Below, one piece after another: positions 1 to 10,300 of a stretch of 64,000 nt of DNA (the stretch's first letter is position 1; the number at the start of each line of letters is the position of its first letter). Location: positions 1 to 64,000 of the IMG/VR virus record IMGVR_UViG_3300032288_003949. One strand, 5' to 3'. The notes under the pieces were generated by a model, which saw nothing but the letters and a program-made list of their open reading frames with translations, ran no database searches and had not been told where the DNA came from. The DNA comes from a virus. A program made the position numbers and the translations under genes.

Positions 1-30
1 CCTCCGGCCCGTTCTGCAGATACTGCCCTG

Positions 31-423
31 TTACTCAGCGTCGGTTGCTTCTGCCTCAGCCTTCTCGTCAGCCTTCTTCGACTTCTTGGCCTTCTTTTCG
101 GGCTTGGGAGCAGCCGGTGCCTTACCGAGATCCTCGGCGGCGACAACATCCTTGACAGCGCGGCCATTCTCGTCCTCGTAAACGAAGACGACATGGTCGC
201 CACGGAGCGTTGCGGAGAGAATCTCCGACTCCACTCCGGCAGCCTTCGCCACTGCACCGAGATCCACATCTACATCCTCGGCCTGCTGAAGCTGCGCCTG
301 TCCCAGATCCCCCTGATAGCGGGATCGGGTGCTCTTAATCAGAGCATCAGCGTTGCCTGAGCCACTGCCGATCTGGTCAGCCAGTTCAGCAGCGGCGGCA
401 CTTGCGTCATTTCCTGCGGGCAT
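31..423 (-). CDS. hypothetical protein downstream of the major capsid gene (probable head-associated)
   Basis: 130-aa ORF with strong SD (AGGAGGTG) immediately after MCP; Lys-rich C-terminus. Confidence 0.6.
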   Translation of the reverse strand: MPAGNDASAAAAELADQIGSGSGNADALIKSTRSRYQGDLGQAQLQQAEDVDVDLGAVAKAAGVESEILSATLRGDHVVFVYEDENGRAVKDVVAAEDLGKAPAAPKPEKKAKKSKKADEKAEAEATDAE

Positions 424-450
424 GAATCATCACCTCCTGAGTGCTCGCCC

Positions 451-1512
451 CTAGGCGACAACACTCCTGTAGACAGCACGGGGATCGACGACGGCAACTC
501 CGAAGTCCAGACGGACCTTGAAGTCGACGGAATCGAGTTCCCAAGTATAGGGATCGTCCCCGCTACCAGCTGCTGCACGAGCCTCTGGGTTCTTGAGGAA
601 CACGCTCGGCTCCTCGCGACCGTTGAGGAAGCCAACAGCGAATCCAGTCACATCGCTGGGGTCGGCGAACAGGTACCAGTCGTTCGCGTCGCTCCAGTAC
701 GGATCCCTGACGACCGCGTCGTTCGGCAGGATTCCAACGAGGGGGTTCATGTTCCCCTTGTCGAACACCGAAGAAGCGGAGTCGTTAATGGTGGTTCCGG
801 TCTGCTGCGAGCGGATGATCCGGTTCGCAATCAGCTCCAGAGTCACATTCTTGACAGCCAGCGTGCGCGGGCGGACAACAATGCGACGACCGTCATCGTC
901 AGTCTGGCTCTCCAGGGTGCTGATCGCCGTTGCCAGCGAAGCCTCCGAGAGTGCGGTGGTGACAGTGTTGCTTCGCGATGAGTGGAAGGTCGCCACTCCG
1001 TCAGGAGCGGTCGGGTTCGACTCAATGAACGCGATGATGGTTTCGGTGACGAACACTGCAGCGGAGTAGCCCATCTCAGACGGGTTGTCCCTGAGCAAGG
1101 CACCAGAGTCATCGTTCACGATGGCCTGACGGGTGATGCTGTAAGTCCCGCCGTAGGTATCGATGATGAGCTCTGCGTTGTCCCGCTCACTGCGGTTCAT
1201 CTCCGGATACTCGCCGCCGTCACCGACATATCCAATGCCAGTTACGCCGTTGAGACCCCTGATGCGACGAGCGCGGAAGTCGTTAACCGACTCAACGCGT
1301 CCGTAGCGCCTGTACTGGGGCTCCACCTTGGTGTAGCCGTTGTAGACGCTGGTGCTGACGGGGCCGTAGAGGAAGGACGGGAAATCCGCCTTCGTCTTGG
1401 CCTCGGCCAGATCCATCTCGCCTGACTCGGCCTTCTGCATGAGGTCGTCGCGGTAATCCATGTATGCCTCATACAGGAGTACTGGGCGACCGATTGTTCC
1501 GAACTTGGACAT
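451..1512 (-). CDS. major capsid protein (Mu gpT-like, HK97 fold)
   Basis: 353 aa; motifs LAEAKTKADF, TYGGTYSITRQAIVNDD, FLNGREEP, KVRLDFGVAVVDPRA typical of Mu-like head subunits; follows protease and decoration genes. Confidence 0.9.
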   Translation of the reverse strand: MSKFGTIGRPVLLYEAYMDYRDDLMQKAESGEMDLAEAKTKADFPSFLYGPVSTSVYNGYTKVEPQYRRYGRVESVNDFRARRIRGLNGVTGIGYVGDGGEYPEMNRSERDNAELIIDTYGGTYSITRQAIVNDDSGALLRDNPSEMGYSAAVFVTETIIAFIESNPTAPDGVATFHSSRSNTVTTALSEASLATAISTLESQTDDDGRRIVVRPRTLAVKNVTLELIANRIIRSQQTGTTINDSASSVFDKGNMNPLVGILPNDAVVRDPYWSDANDWYLFADPSDVTGFAVGFLNGREEPSVFLKNPEARAAAGSGDDPYTWELDSVDFKVRLDFGVAVVDPRAVYRSVVA

Positions 1513-1532
1513 GATTCAGTCCTCTCCGAGCC

Positions 1533-1910
1533 TTACGGCTTCAGATCGAGGTCAATCCGAACCTGATTGGTCGGGGTGCCTCGTTCGTTTTCGATTTCCA
1601 CAACTCGACCGAAGGCGGTGTTACCCGCAGAAGTCTCGGTCAGGGCGTTCGCGCTGGTGATGTAGATGGCCTCGCCTACGGCGAATCCAGCTACCTCTGC
1701 TACCTGCACGATTCCCTTTGTGATGAGGAAGTAATCCTCATCGTCTTCAATGGTGCTCGCATCAGCAATCGTGCTGTCGAATCCTGGCGAGACCTGCTTG
1801 ACGGCGATTCCCACGAAGTTGCCCTCCTTTACCGGCTTGCCATGATCGATGGCTGCCGAGGCGGTCGTGTTCGTGACATAAACGCCGCGTCCTGGCCTGT
1901 TATAGGGCAT
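1533..1910 (-). CDS. capsid cement/decoration protein (DUF2190-like)
   Basis: 125 aa between scaffold and MCP; GNFVGIA..., AVGEAIY...GNTAFGRVV pattern. Confidence 0.75.
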   Translation of the reverse strand: MPYNRPGRGVYVTNTTASAAIDHGKPVKEGNFVGIAVKQVSPGFDSTIADASTIEDDEDYFLITKGIVQVAEVAGFAVGEAIYITSANALTETSAGNTAFGRVVEIENERGTPTNQVRIDLDLKP

Positions 1911-3115
1911 TAGACGCTCTCCTTCTCGTTGTTTCCGTATGCCTGCTCTGGGTCAATCCCAGCCTCCTCCAAGAACTCTTGGAAGAAGGGCTTCTCCACT
2001 GGAGCCGGAGCAGCTTCGCCGTCTGTGTCAGACGGACCCTGATCCTCAACTCTGGTGGGCATGACCTCCGCGAGAAGCTCCTTCGCCTCGCGGATATCGC
2101 CTTCCACGCTCTCACGGAGAGCGTCAACGGCAACCTTTTCCTCGGTGTCCTGCTGGTCAAGCTTTGCAGTCGGCTCATCGCCTTCCAGCTGATACTCAGC
2201 CTTCAGCTTCGCCTCTGCCTTGCTCGGCAACGCGGCCTCCGAGATGATGGTGTGAGCCTCGTCGCGCAGGTCACGGAGCTGAATCAGACGCTTCGCGGAC
2301 TCAGCAACCTTGGTTGCCTCCTCCAGCGCGTCCTTCCGTGCCTCCTCGCGAGCCTCGGCGCGGGCCTCCTCCAGCTGCTGCTGGTGGCGCTCGGCCTGCT
2401 TCTTGATCGCAGCCTGAGTTCTCTCAGCTACGATCTCGTTGACAGCCCTAGACGCGCCGCTATTCGGGTCACGCAGGGCCTCCTCTAGCTGCTTCACGAT
2501 GTCGCCTCCTTCGGCGTTGTCGTCGGTTTTCTCGTCGCCTTCAGCTACGAGACCCTCAATGAGATCTGCGACGCGGCCACCTGCTCCGCCTTCGCTGACC
2601 CAATCCACAGAGCCAGGGGGGTTCTGCCTGATCCCCTCGACTACCCAGACCTGCTCTCCGCCCTCATCGGTCGGATGAACCTCGGTTGCCTTTGCTCTGA
2701 TGGAAGCTTCAAGTAGTTCGGGATCCTCTTCGATCAGCTTCTTGACCTGACCGACAGGCTTCACCTTGGCGACTACTGCGCCCTGTCCGAAGCGACCCTC
2801 TGCTGGCACGGAGTCATCCCACCAGCTCTCCAGGATCCTGCCGCCGAGATCGCGGATGCTTCGGGGCAAGCCGCCAGCGGCCTTCTTCGCTTCGGGGCTC
2901 TGGTGGTCGATATACATCTTCCAGCCAGTAAAAACATCGGCGTTCTCCCGCAGCATGTCCGGCGTGTACTTGTGCCTGCCGAGTCCCTGCCCAATCGTGG
3001 GACGAATTACATGGATCAGAACCGTCCCGTCGCCTTGGAGCGCAGTTGGGCGGGAAGCGAGCGCTTCCTGCAGCTCAAGAGCGGCGGTGTCGTGTACTTC
3101 GGTAGTTGTGGCCAC
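1910..3115 (-). CDS. prohead protease-scaffold fusion
   Basis: N-terminal protease-like region (YIDH, SIRDLGG, ASIRA, SVDWV..GGAGG) followed by an acidic coiled coil; position upstream of MCP. Confidence 0.85.
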   Translation of the reverse strand: MATTTEVHDTAALELQEALASRPTALQGDGTVLIHVIRPTIGQGLGRHKYTPDMLRENADVFTGWKMYIDHQSPEAKKAAGGLPRSIRDLGGRILESWWDDSVPAEGRFGQGAVVAKVKPVGQVKKLIEEDPELLEASIRAKATEVHPTDEGGEQVWVVEGIRQNPPGSVDWVSEGGAGGRVADLIEGLVAEGDEKTDDNAEGGDIVKQLEEALRDPNSGASRAVNEIVAERTQAAIKKQAERHQQQLEEARAEAREEARKDALEEATKVAESAKRLIQLRDLRDEAHTIISEAALPSKAEAKLKAEYQLEGDEPTAKLDQQDTEEKVAVDALRESVEGDIREAKELLAEVMPTRVEDQGPSDTDGEAAPAPVEKPFFQEFLEEAGIDPEQAYGNNEKESV

Positions 3116-3209
3116 AAGGAAAGCCTAAGAACGATCTGTAGCTCCGCCACAATCGGACTTTTGCGACGCTCTATAGCGTTTCAGGCTAATTGTCGTGGCG
3201 CACGACAGT

Positions 3210-3704
3210 TTAGTTGTCGTGGCCCGCCTGATTCATGGCGAGTTGAAGTGCGTCGGAGAATGGACCTGCCCGTGCCGCGCTTTTCTCCCATTTCACGATC
3301 TCTGGATGCTCACCACTGCGGTCGATATCGGTTACCCATAGCTCTTGCCGTCCCGCTTCGCAGACCTGGACCATGAGTATTTCCTTGCGATCTGGGTGTT
3401 CTCTTGGCAGCGGGCCGTCTTTCGCCTGCGCTGGGTCGAGTGTCCATGCCATCTGGATCCGCGCCACGATGTTGGCGTTCATTTCTATCAGCGCGGCGAT
3501 GATCGTCGGCAAACCTTCTTGCTCCATAAGGCTCCTGTCGCCCGTGTCGGGATCGACAAGTGGCAGCAGGCAGAAACCTGCAGGCGCGTCGATGAGCAGA
3601 ATCGGCAGCCAGTCATGTTCTGGTGGCAGGTTCTCGCCTGCCGCTTCCGCTCGCTCCAGCGCTGCGTCACGGAAGTCTTCGAATGTCGGCGGCTGCTCAG
3701 GCAT
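3210..3704 (-). CDS. hypothetical protein
   Basis: 164-aa ORF overlapping the ligase stop. Confidence 0.6.
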   Translation of the reverse strand: MPEQPPTFEDFRDAALERAEAAGENLPPEHDWLPILLIDAPAGFCLLPLVDPDTGDRSLMEQEGLPTIIAALIEMNANIVARIQMAWTLDPAQAKDGPLPREHPDRKEILMVQVCEAGRQELWVTDIDRSGEHPEIVKWEKSAARAGPFSDALQLAMNQAGHDN

Positions 3705-4647
3705 CGATTACGCACTCGGCTGCAGGCTTGTCATCGCGGAGCTTGGCGAATTGCGGGTGCCGGAATCCGCCTGTGGGCATGATGCCCATGTGCTTTATTT
3801 CGATGACCTTGCCGAGCCATGCGTCGGGGTTGTCGGTCATGTGCTGGCGGGTCGTCATGTCCATGCCGCTGCACCGTCCCGTTTCGATCAGGTTGCCCTG
3901 CTGGTCGTATTGGCTGAAGATCACCGCTCCGACCATTCCGGCGAAGCCGTTCTCGCCAGGTTTGAAGCCTGTGACCACCACATCGATGTTGTCTTGCGGC
4001 TTAATCTTTGTCCAGCCGCCCCCGCGCTGCCCGCTTGCGTATCTCGCGGTCGTGTCCTTTATGACCATGCCTTCGAATCCTTGGGCGAGCAGGGCTTGCA
4101 CCGACTCGTCGTTTACTTCGACCTGCGGCACTAGCTGGATGCGATTCAGGCTGATCTTGTCGAAGAGCCGCTCCAGCAGGTCGCGCCGCTTTGTGTATGG
4201 CAGGCTTCTTGCGTCGATGCCGCCGTGTGCGATCAGGTCGAAGACCATGTAGGTGATTTTCTCGGACTTCGCGGCTGCCTTCGCCGTGCTGGATCCCAAG
4301 ACGCTCTGGACGGTTCCCCAATCGTGGGTCACTTGGCCGTCTTCGATGGTCAGGGCAACGGCTTCGCCGTCCAGCCATGTCCCTGTTGGCAGGTGTTCGC
4401 CAAGCTCGGCTTCGATCATGGGCAGGCTGCCGTCGTGTGACTTCGCGCTCCGCGTGTAGAGGTGGACTCCGTCGTCGGCGATGTGGGTCAGGAGTCGCCA
4501 GCCGTCAAGCTTCGGCTCGCCCACATATCGCGGGTCGGAGAAGTTGTCGGGACTCATGCCCTTCTTGAGCGCCTCGGCGTTCTGTGCCAGCTTCTCTGGG
4601 CTGGTCGGTGCTGCGTATTTCTGGGGTGCTGCGGTCGTGGTAGCCAT
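3697..4647 (-). CDS. lig: ATP-dependent DNA ligase
   Basis: EPKLDGWR (KxDG), LDGE, YMVFDL, EGMVIK, WTKIKP and OB-fold FRHPQF; start moved to ATG 4647 behind the SD AAGGAGA. Confidence 0.93.
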   Translation of the reverse strand: MATTTAAPQKYAAPTSPEKLAQNAEALKKGMSPDNFSDPRYVGEPKLDGWRLLTHIADDGVHLYTRSAKSHDGSLPMIEAELGEHLPTGTWLDGEAVALTIEDGQVTHDWGTVQSVLGSSTAKAAAKSEKITYMVFDLIAHGGIDARSLPYTKRRDLLERLFDKISLNRIQLVPQVEVNDESVQALLAQGFEGMVIKDTTARYASGQRGGGWTKIKPQDNIDVVVTGFKPGENGFAGMVGAVIFSQYDQQGNLIETGRCSGMDMTTRQHMTDNPDAWLGKVIEIKHMGIMPTGGFRHPQFAKLRDDKPAAECVIDA

Positions 4648-4806
4648 GTCTCTCCTTGGTCGGTTGCGCGATAGAACATAGCACATCTGGCGTATGCTAA
4701 AACTGGTGCGGTTTGGCGGCGGCGATTCATTTCTCAGTCTCCGACACTTCTGCCGCCGGATCTGCTACGATGTATCGCACAGTGCAATCCGATCAAGGAG
4801 GAAGTC

Positions 4807-5634
4807 ATGAGGGGAACCCATAGCAATCTAGTCGTCACCACAGTGACGGACGAGGCCACTGGCGAGGAGCGCCCGCTGTTCGCCTTTCCTGTCCAGATCT
4901 GCAAGGCTGTCGACAACAAGGAGGTCAGGTTCGACCGCCGTGCGCCTTCGGGCGGCGAGGTTGAGCAGCTTTACCGTGACTCGGTCACGGGCGAGATGCT
5001 CAAGAGCGGCGATCTCATTCGGGGCATCGCGACTGGGGATTCGTTCCAGCAGATTCCCGATGAGCAGATCAAGGCCATCGACGAGGCTCTCGCTTCCAAG
5101 GAGATCTGCGTTGAGCGCACGGTCGACTTGGACGATGTGCCGTTTGAGCGTGTGACGGGGTGCTACTTCGTGCAGGTTCCCGCCAAGGGCGGGGCGCACA
5201 AGTCCTACCGTCTGCTCTACGAGGCCCTTCAGGGGTCGGATGGTCAGTCGGCAAGGGCGCTGCGGGTCAAGTATGTCCCGCGCTCCCGTCAAAAGCTGGC
5301 TGTCATCTACGCCGACACCAAGCTGCAGTGCCTGATGCTGGTCACTCTTGACTACGCAGCGGCAGTGCGCGAGCCGGACGAGCAGGTGCTGTCGCATCTG
5401 CAGGCCGATGTGTCGCCGGAGATGGTCGGCAAGGCGCGGGCTGTCGTGGACGCGCTGGACTCGGAGGATCGTGGCGGCTGGGATGCGCCCATCGACGAGA
5501 CCATCGTTCGCCGTCAGGAGTTGGTCGAGGCCGCTCTCGCTGGCGAGGGCATCGAGGTTCCGGACGCCGCTCCGGCGCTGGATGCCAACACCGAGGTTGA
5601 GAACATGCTGGAGGCTTCTCTCGCTTCCCTGTAG
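4807..5634 (+). CDS. ku: Ku-like DNA end-binding protein (NHEJ)
   Basis: FPVQICKA..EVRF, D..TGE...DLIRG, YRLLYEAL, RSRQKLAVI, LMLVTLDY...VRE align by eye with the prokaryotic Ku core; SD AAGGAGG. Confidence 0.85.
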   Translation: MRGTHSNLVVTTVTDEATGEERPLFAFPVQICKAVDNKEVRFDRRAPSGGEVEQLYRDSVTGEMLKSGDLIRGIATGDSFQQIPDEQIKAIDEALASKEICVERTVDLDDVPFERVTGCYFVQVPAKGGAHKSYRLLYEALQGSDGQSARALRVKYVPRSRQKLAVIYADTKLQCLMLVTLDYAAAVREPDEQVLSHLQADVSPEMVGKARAVVDALDSEDRGGWDAPIDETIVRRQELVEAALAGEGIEVPDAAPALDANTEVENMLEASLASL

Positions 5635-5655
5635 TTTCGGGTTCTCCTCCCCGAA

Positions 5656-5690
5656 GACGAAGCCCCGCCATGTGCGGGGCTTTCGTCGTT
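5656..5690. terminator. bidirectional intrinsic terminator hairpin between convergent ku and ssb
   Basis: gacgaagccccgc-catgt-gcggggctttcgtc inverted repeat. Confidence 0.75.
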
Positions 5691-5704
5691 CTGGGGGGTC
5701 TTGC

Positions 5705-6115
5705 TCAGAAGGGAATGTCGTCTGTGGATCCCGACGGTGCGGCTGGTGCCGACACGGGGATATCCGAGGTGTTTCCGTTCTGTGACGCGCCTTCCTTGCC
5801 GCCCATGAATGCGACATTGTCGGCGACGATCTCTACCGCCTGCCGCTTGCCGTCATCTGACTCCCACTCGCGCCAGCGGAGCTTGCCTGTGATGGCAACC
5901 TTGCGGCCCTTGCTCATGTATTGGGCCACATTCTCGCCCTGTGATCCCCAGATGGTCACATCGAAGTAATTCGGTGCGTCCACCCACTGATCGCCCTGTT
6001 TCCTGCGGGCGTTGTTGGCGATCCTGAGCTTGCAAACCGACCCGCCTTGGGTCTGCTTGAGCTCTGGGTCGCGTGTCAGGTTGCCTGTGATGGCAACCGT
6101 GTTTATATCCTGCAT
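5705..6115 (-). CDS. ssb: single-stranded DNA-binding protein
   Basis: INTVAITGNLTRDPEL, KGRKVAITGKL, C-terminal DDIPF. Confidence 0.97.
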   Translation of the reverse strand: MQDINTVAITGNLTRDPELKQTQGGSVCKLRIANNARRKQGDQWVDAPNYFDVTIWGSQGENVAQYMSKGRKVAITGKLRWREWESDDGKRQAVEIVADNVAFMGGKEGASQNGNTSDIPVSAPAAPSGSTDDIPF

Positions 6116-6167
6116 GGGGCCTCCTTCTGGCCGGTGTTTTCGGGCAGGTTACTACGCGGGGCGGTCG

Positions 6168-6899
6168 CTAGAGCGACTCAATCACATCTATTGCGAGATA
6201 TCCTGTGCTCGGATAGGTCTGGATCACGCCGCTGTCGGTGATCGTGATCTCTGCGTCGTAGATACCTGGAGTGTCAAGGTCGCCTGATGTCCACGGGACT
6301 CGGATGAGCCCTTCGTCGGCATCTACCAGCGAGATTGCTCTCGTCACGCTCTTGCGCGTCGTGTTGGTCGTGGTGATGGCGATGGCTGGGCTGCTGCCGC
6401 CTGTCAGGGAGCTGGTTGCGGTCAGGGTAGGCACATCGGTTCCGGTGAGTGTTCCGCCGAAGGTGATCACCCAAGGCCCGCCAGCGGATCCAGTCACGGT
6501 CAGGTCGCCATAACCGATGGTTCCGAGTTCTTCAAGCTCGTTCTTGACGGTCGTCGCGCTCGCGTTTTTTGCGATGGCATCGGTAGTGTCGTCAAGGAAG
6601 GTAAGCGTGAAGGTTCCGCCTGTCGGGGATCCGCTGATCGTTATGGTCTGCTGCTCATCTTCGCCTTCGCGCTGAATCATGGAGAAGGTTCCGGTCGCGC
6701 CCGTCAGGTCGACGGGGTTAGAGCCCTCGCGCAATTGCAAGTCCAGCGGTTTGTTGTCTCCTGTCTTTACCTGATACATCTGCGTGTCCTTAGTCTCTTG
6801 GAAGATTGCTACAGCGGCCTGCAAGGTGATTGTCGCATGAGTTCGGTCTGGCTCCACGATGTTTGCGGGCTGATTCTCTGGAATGGCGTAGAGCGTCAT
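6168..6899 (-). CDS. virion structural protein, BppU_N-like beta domain with an inserted TGGTFTLTF module
   Basis: VKTGD..PVDLTGAT...GLIRVPW..GDLDTPGIYDAE..TYP flanking an ~100-aa insert. Confidence 0.6.
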   Translation of the reverse strand: MTLYAIPENQPANIVEPDRTHATITLQAAVAIFQETKDTQMYQVKTGDNKPLDLQLREGSNPVDLTGATGTFSMIQREGEDEQQTITISGSPTGGTFTLTFLDDTTDAIAKNASATTVKNELEELGTIGYGDLTVTGSAGGPWVITFGGTLTGTDVPTLTATSSLTGGSSPAIAITTTNTTRKSVTRAISLVDADEGLIRVPWTSGDLDTPGIYDAEITITDSGVIQTYPSTGYLAIDVIESL

Positions 6900-7147
6900 T
6901 CGTCACTGCCGTTCCTTCTCATGATTATCCAGCCGCGTCCGAGAATGGCTCCGACTGCTGCGAGCATGACTCCGTGGATCTCGGCGGGTGCCGAGTAGGT
7001 CGTGCTGAAACTGTCTACGGTCACCGAGATCGCCCAGACGATGGTGACGACACCAGCAATGAACATCGCGAGCGGCCCGTGATGCTCGGCATCAGTGCGT
7101 CGTCTGTCTGCGATCCGGCGTTGCGGCTTCTTAGGCGGTTTCGGCAT
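6896..7147 (-). CDS. small membrane protein with two TM helices (holin-like candidate)
   Basis: two hydrophobic stretches, basic N-terminus. Confidence 0.55.
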   Translation of the reverse strand: MPKPPKKPQRRIADRRRTDAEHHGPLAMFIAGVVTIVWAISVTVDSFSTTYSAPAEIHGVMLAAVGAILGRGWIIMRRNGSDE

Positions 7148-7306
7148 TCATGCCGACCTTCCGCCTGTGACCACACCGAGAATTACTCCGGCGACCAATC
7201 CGATGGCGCTCGCTACGATGTCAATGGTGTTCGGAGCCGCGACGATCACAATCGCGACGGCGGTCAAGATGAGCAGCAAGCCCGCTTTCCCTTCAATGGT
7301 CTGCAT
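7148..7306 (-). CDS. 52-aa membrane protein with two TM helices (not in ORF track)
   Basis: MQTIEGKAGLLLILTAVAIVIVAAPNTIDIVASAIGLVAGVILGVVTGGRSA; TAATG overlap with the giant gene stop, abuts the next start. Confidence 0.7.
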   Translation of the reverse strand: MQTIEGKAGLLLILTAVAIVIVAAPNTIDIVASAIGLVAGVILGVVTGGRSA

Positions 7307-10300
7307 TACTGACCTTGCTTTGCCCTGAGTCGGTCGATGAGTTCTTGCCTTGACAGTTCGGTGTTCGGCGAAACGCCAAGTGCGTAGATGAGTTCGGAGG
7401 TGCTCATCTGATCGTAGGCCCCTTCATCCGCCTTGGCCATCGCCTCTTCTTCGGCTGCGCTCATTTCAGGCTGAACCTGTCCCATGCCGTCAAGCGGGCC
7501 GCCCATTGGAGATGCCATGGATTCGCTGTCACCTCTGAAGGCTGGGTTATTCTCCAGCTCAACACCGATCTCGCGGTATGCAGCATCAAGGTTCTGCCTT
7601 GCCCGAGTGATATTCTCTACGGGTGCGGCGTTGCTCACTTCGTAGTCACGGAGTTCGTCCCAAGCTGCACGGAGGTTGGCCTTAATCGCTGTCTTGGATG
7701 CCTCTGACCACCTAGGGTTGTCATCAAGGGCCTTGGAAGTCTCGTCCATTCTTGCCTTAATTGCATCTGCGTTAATGAACTGGCCGTCGTTCTCTAGTGC
7801 CGTGTCAAGGGTAAGCGCTGCTGTGTAGAGCGGGATGCGGTAGCTGTCACCGGCGAAGGTTTCGATTCCACCCGCCGTAAAGATGGATGCGGGATCGACG
7901 CTCTTGTTGAATCCGCTGTATCCGCCGTCGTACACTGGACCTTCGCCGTCGCCGATCTCTCCGGCGGGTGATGCCATCGGCTCCGCGCCTGTTGCCTTGA
8001 GCACTGCGGCAACGGTCTGCGGCGACTCGTTTTCGACATCGATGTCCACGCCCTTCTGTGCCAAGTCTCCGAGTGCAGCGATTACCTGAGCGCCATCCCA
8101 ACCGCCGCCAAGCTCCGATGCCACATTTGCGGCAGACTGTTCGAATGCCACTTCACCTGCTGCAATGGCAGCATCTTCTGGGGACATTCCTTCATCCACG
8201 GCAGGCACGGGCGCAGGTTCAGGCGTAGTCTCCGGCGTAGGTGCATCTTCGGTTCCGATGTTGCCCTTAATCGCGTCGTAGATGCCCTTTTCGCTCTCTG
8301 GCAGGTCAGCTACTGGTGGAGCTACTGGTGCGGCTCCAGGCTGGTATTGCGGCATGTCGACTTCTGGCAGGTTTATGCCACGCGACTCGGCTACTTCGGT
8401 GATCTTGGCCCATGCATCTGGGTCGGCTGCTGCGAAGGTCTGTCCTTCGTAGTTTGTGTCCGTCATCTGGTTAATCAGACCGAGCAGCTTGTCGTTGTTC
8501 ATCGCCTTAATGTTGCGGATGTTGCCCTTCGGAGACCTGGCGGGACTCGCGGTAGTGCCGTCCTGCGCCCAGTTTGCCACGGCCTTCTTGTTGGGCTTAG
8601 CGACCTTCTCCTTTGGAGTCGGCGCGGCTGGTGCTGCGGCTGGTGCTTCTGGTGCTGCGGCTGGTGCCTGTGATGGCAGATACTTCGGGTCAGACTCTGG
8701 CAGCGCGGAGCGTCGACCGTATTCCTGATTGACACGCTCCCATCCGTCTGGATCGATGGTGGCAAAGTCCTGCATTTCTTCGTAGAGCGGCAGGAACTTC
8801 TCGTTCTTCATCGCCTTGACATTCCGGATGTTGCCCTTGGCGGAGCGGATGGGCGAGCCAGCAGCGTAGGCGTCAAGGCCTAGCTTCACGCCTTCGACGG
8901 CCTGCTGGGTTGCGTCGTTGGGCTCTACACCAGCTGCTTCAAGCTCGGCTGCCTTCTCGTCGGTGTTCGGGACGAAGGTCGCGTCGACTTCTTCAGCGTA
9001 GTCGGGGTGCATGCCGCCAGTGCTGCGCGGAGCAAATCTCCAGTGAAGTATTCGCTTTGTTGGGCTGTGCGGCTTGCCAACCTCGGCATCGGGGTGCGGA
9101 TCGTCCTGAATAATATTTCCATCCGCATCAACAGGTTTAGCGATGTACCACTTGCCTTCTTTGTTGGTCGCTCGGTGAAGAACATAGGTGTAGCCGCCTA
9201 CATCGGCAAACAGCGTTCCGGCTGGCATCTGGTGCATCTCAACGGCATCGAGGTTGTCGGAGTAGTTGGCGGGGAGATCGACTGTCGACGCTGCGACCGG
9301 CGATGCCATGCCCTGCTCGTATCCGGCGAGTTCGTCGGGCCGGACTGCGGTCAGGTCGGCGAGCGAGAAGACATCCTTGTCATTGACAAAGCCCGCGAAG
9401 ACTTCTTCTGTGTAGTTAGTGCCAAGGAACTCTGGATCCTGTGAAGCGAGCGAGTCCAGCGCGTCTGCTACTTGGACGGTCACTGCGGCTGCGCGGTCAG
9501 GCGAAAGGCTCTCGGCTGCTACGGGGCCTTCGGAGTAGCCGTGCGCGATGGTCGGTTGACCTTCACCCGACTTAATCACGGTTCCGTGCGGCATGTAGAC
9601 ATTCCGACCCTCTGCAACCTGCTTCACTCGCGCCTTGTGTTCGATGGCAGCAGGCGACTTCATGCCGACTGGCACTGGCTGGTTGACTCTTACGCCGTCA
9701 AGCTGTCCATTCTCTACGCGCTTCAGGTCTTCTGCTGTAAGCGGACGAATCGTGTTCTTCGTCGTATGAACGGTCGGAATGCTTCGATGCAGGTAGCTGC
9801 GTGGAAGCTCGGTGTATGTGGTGCCGTTGGACAGCAGGATTTCTTGCGATGGGAAGGCCCGCTCTGGCATGTTGGGCGAGTCGACAGGCGTAATATCTTC
9901 AAGTGCAGCGCCCTCGTTCCCAGGTTGCATCGTGGCAGGATCCGCCGGTCGTGCGCGGTCGCGCTCGGCTGCGATGACATAGTCGAACGGGCTTTCCATG
10001 CCCTTCGGCTTCCATTCTTCCACCGTGAAGGTGCCGCCCGCTTCAGCGTCGCCTGCCTGTCCGTAGCCAATGGAGCGCCAGACAGGATTTGCCGCTGGAT
10101 CGTTGTCGCCTCCAAAGTCAATGTCAACATCGCCGTAGGTGTCGCCAGTAGCCGAAGGGGTGAGATTGCCCAAGGCCGCCTGTAGAGCATCAAAGCGAGC
10201 CAAGTCGCTAGTCCAACCTTCGTCTATGTTTTCTATCTCTACATCGATTTTGAAGGCTTTTCCGCCCGCCGTAATAATCATAGGCGTGTCGTCAAATTCG

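Noticed and set aside
4828-5817. 329-aa minus-strand ORF and similar long antisense ORFs (38781..39722, 43537..44421, 45159..46082, 47224..48246)
   Set aside because: They overlap SD-supported plus-strand genes and have no recognisable motifs.
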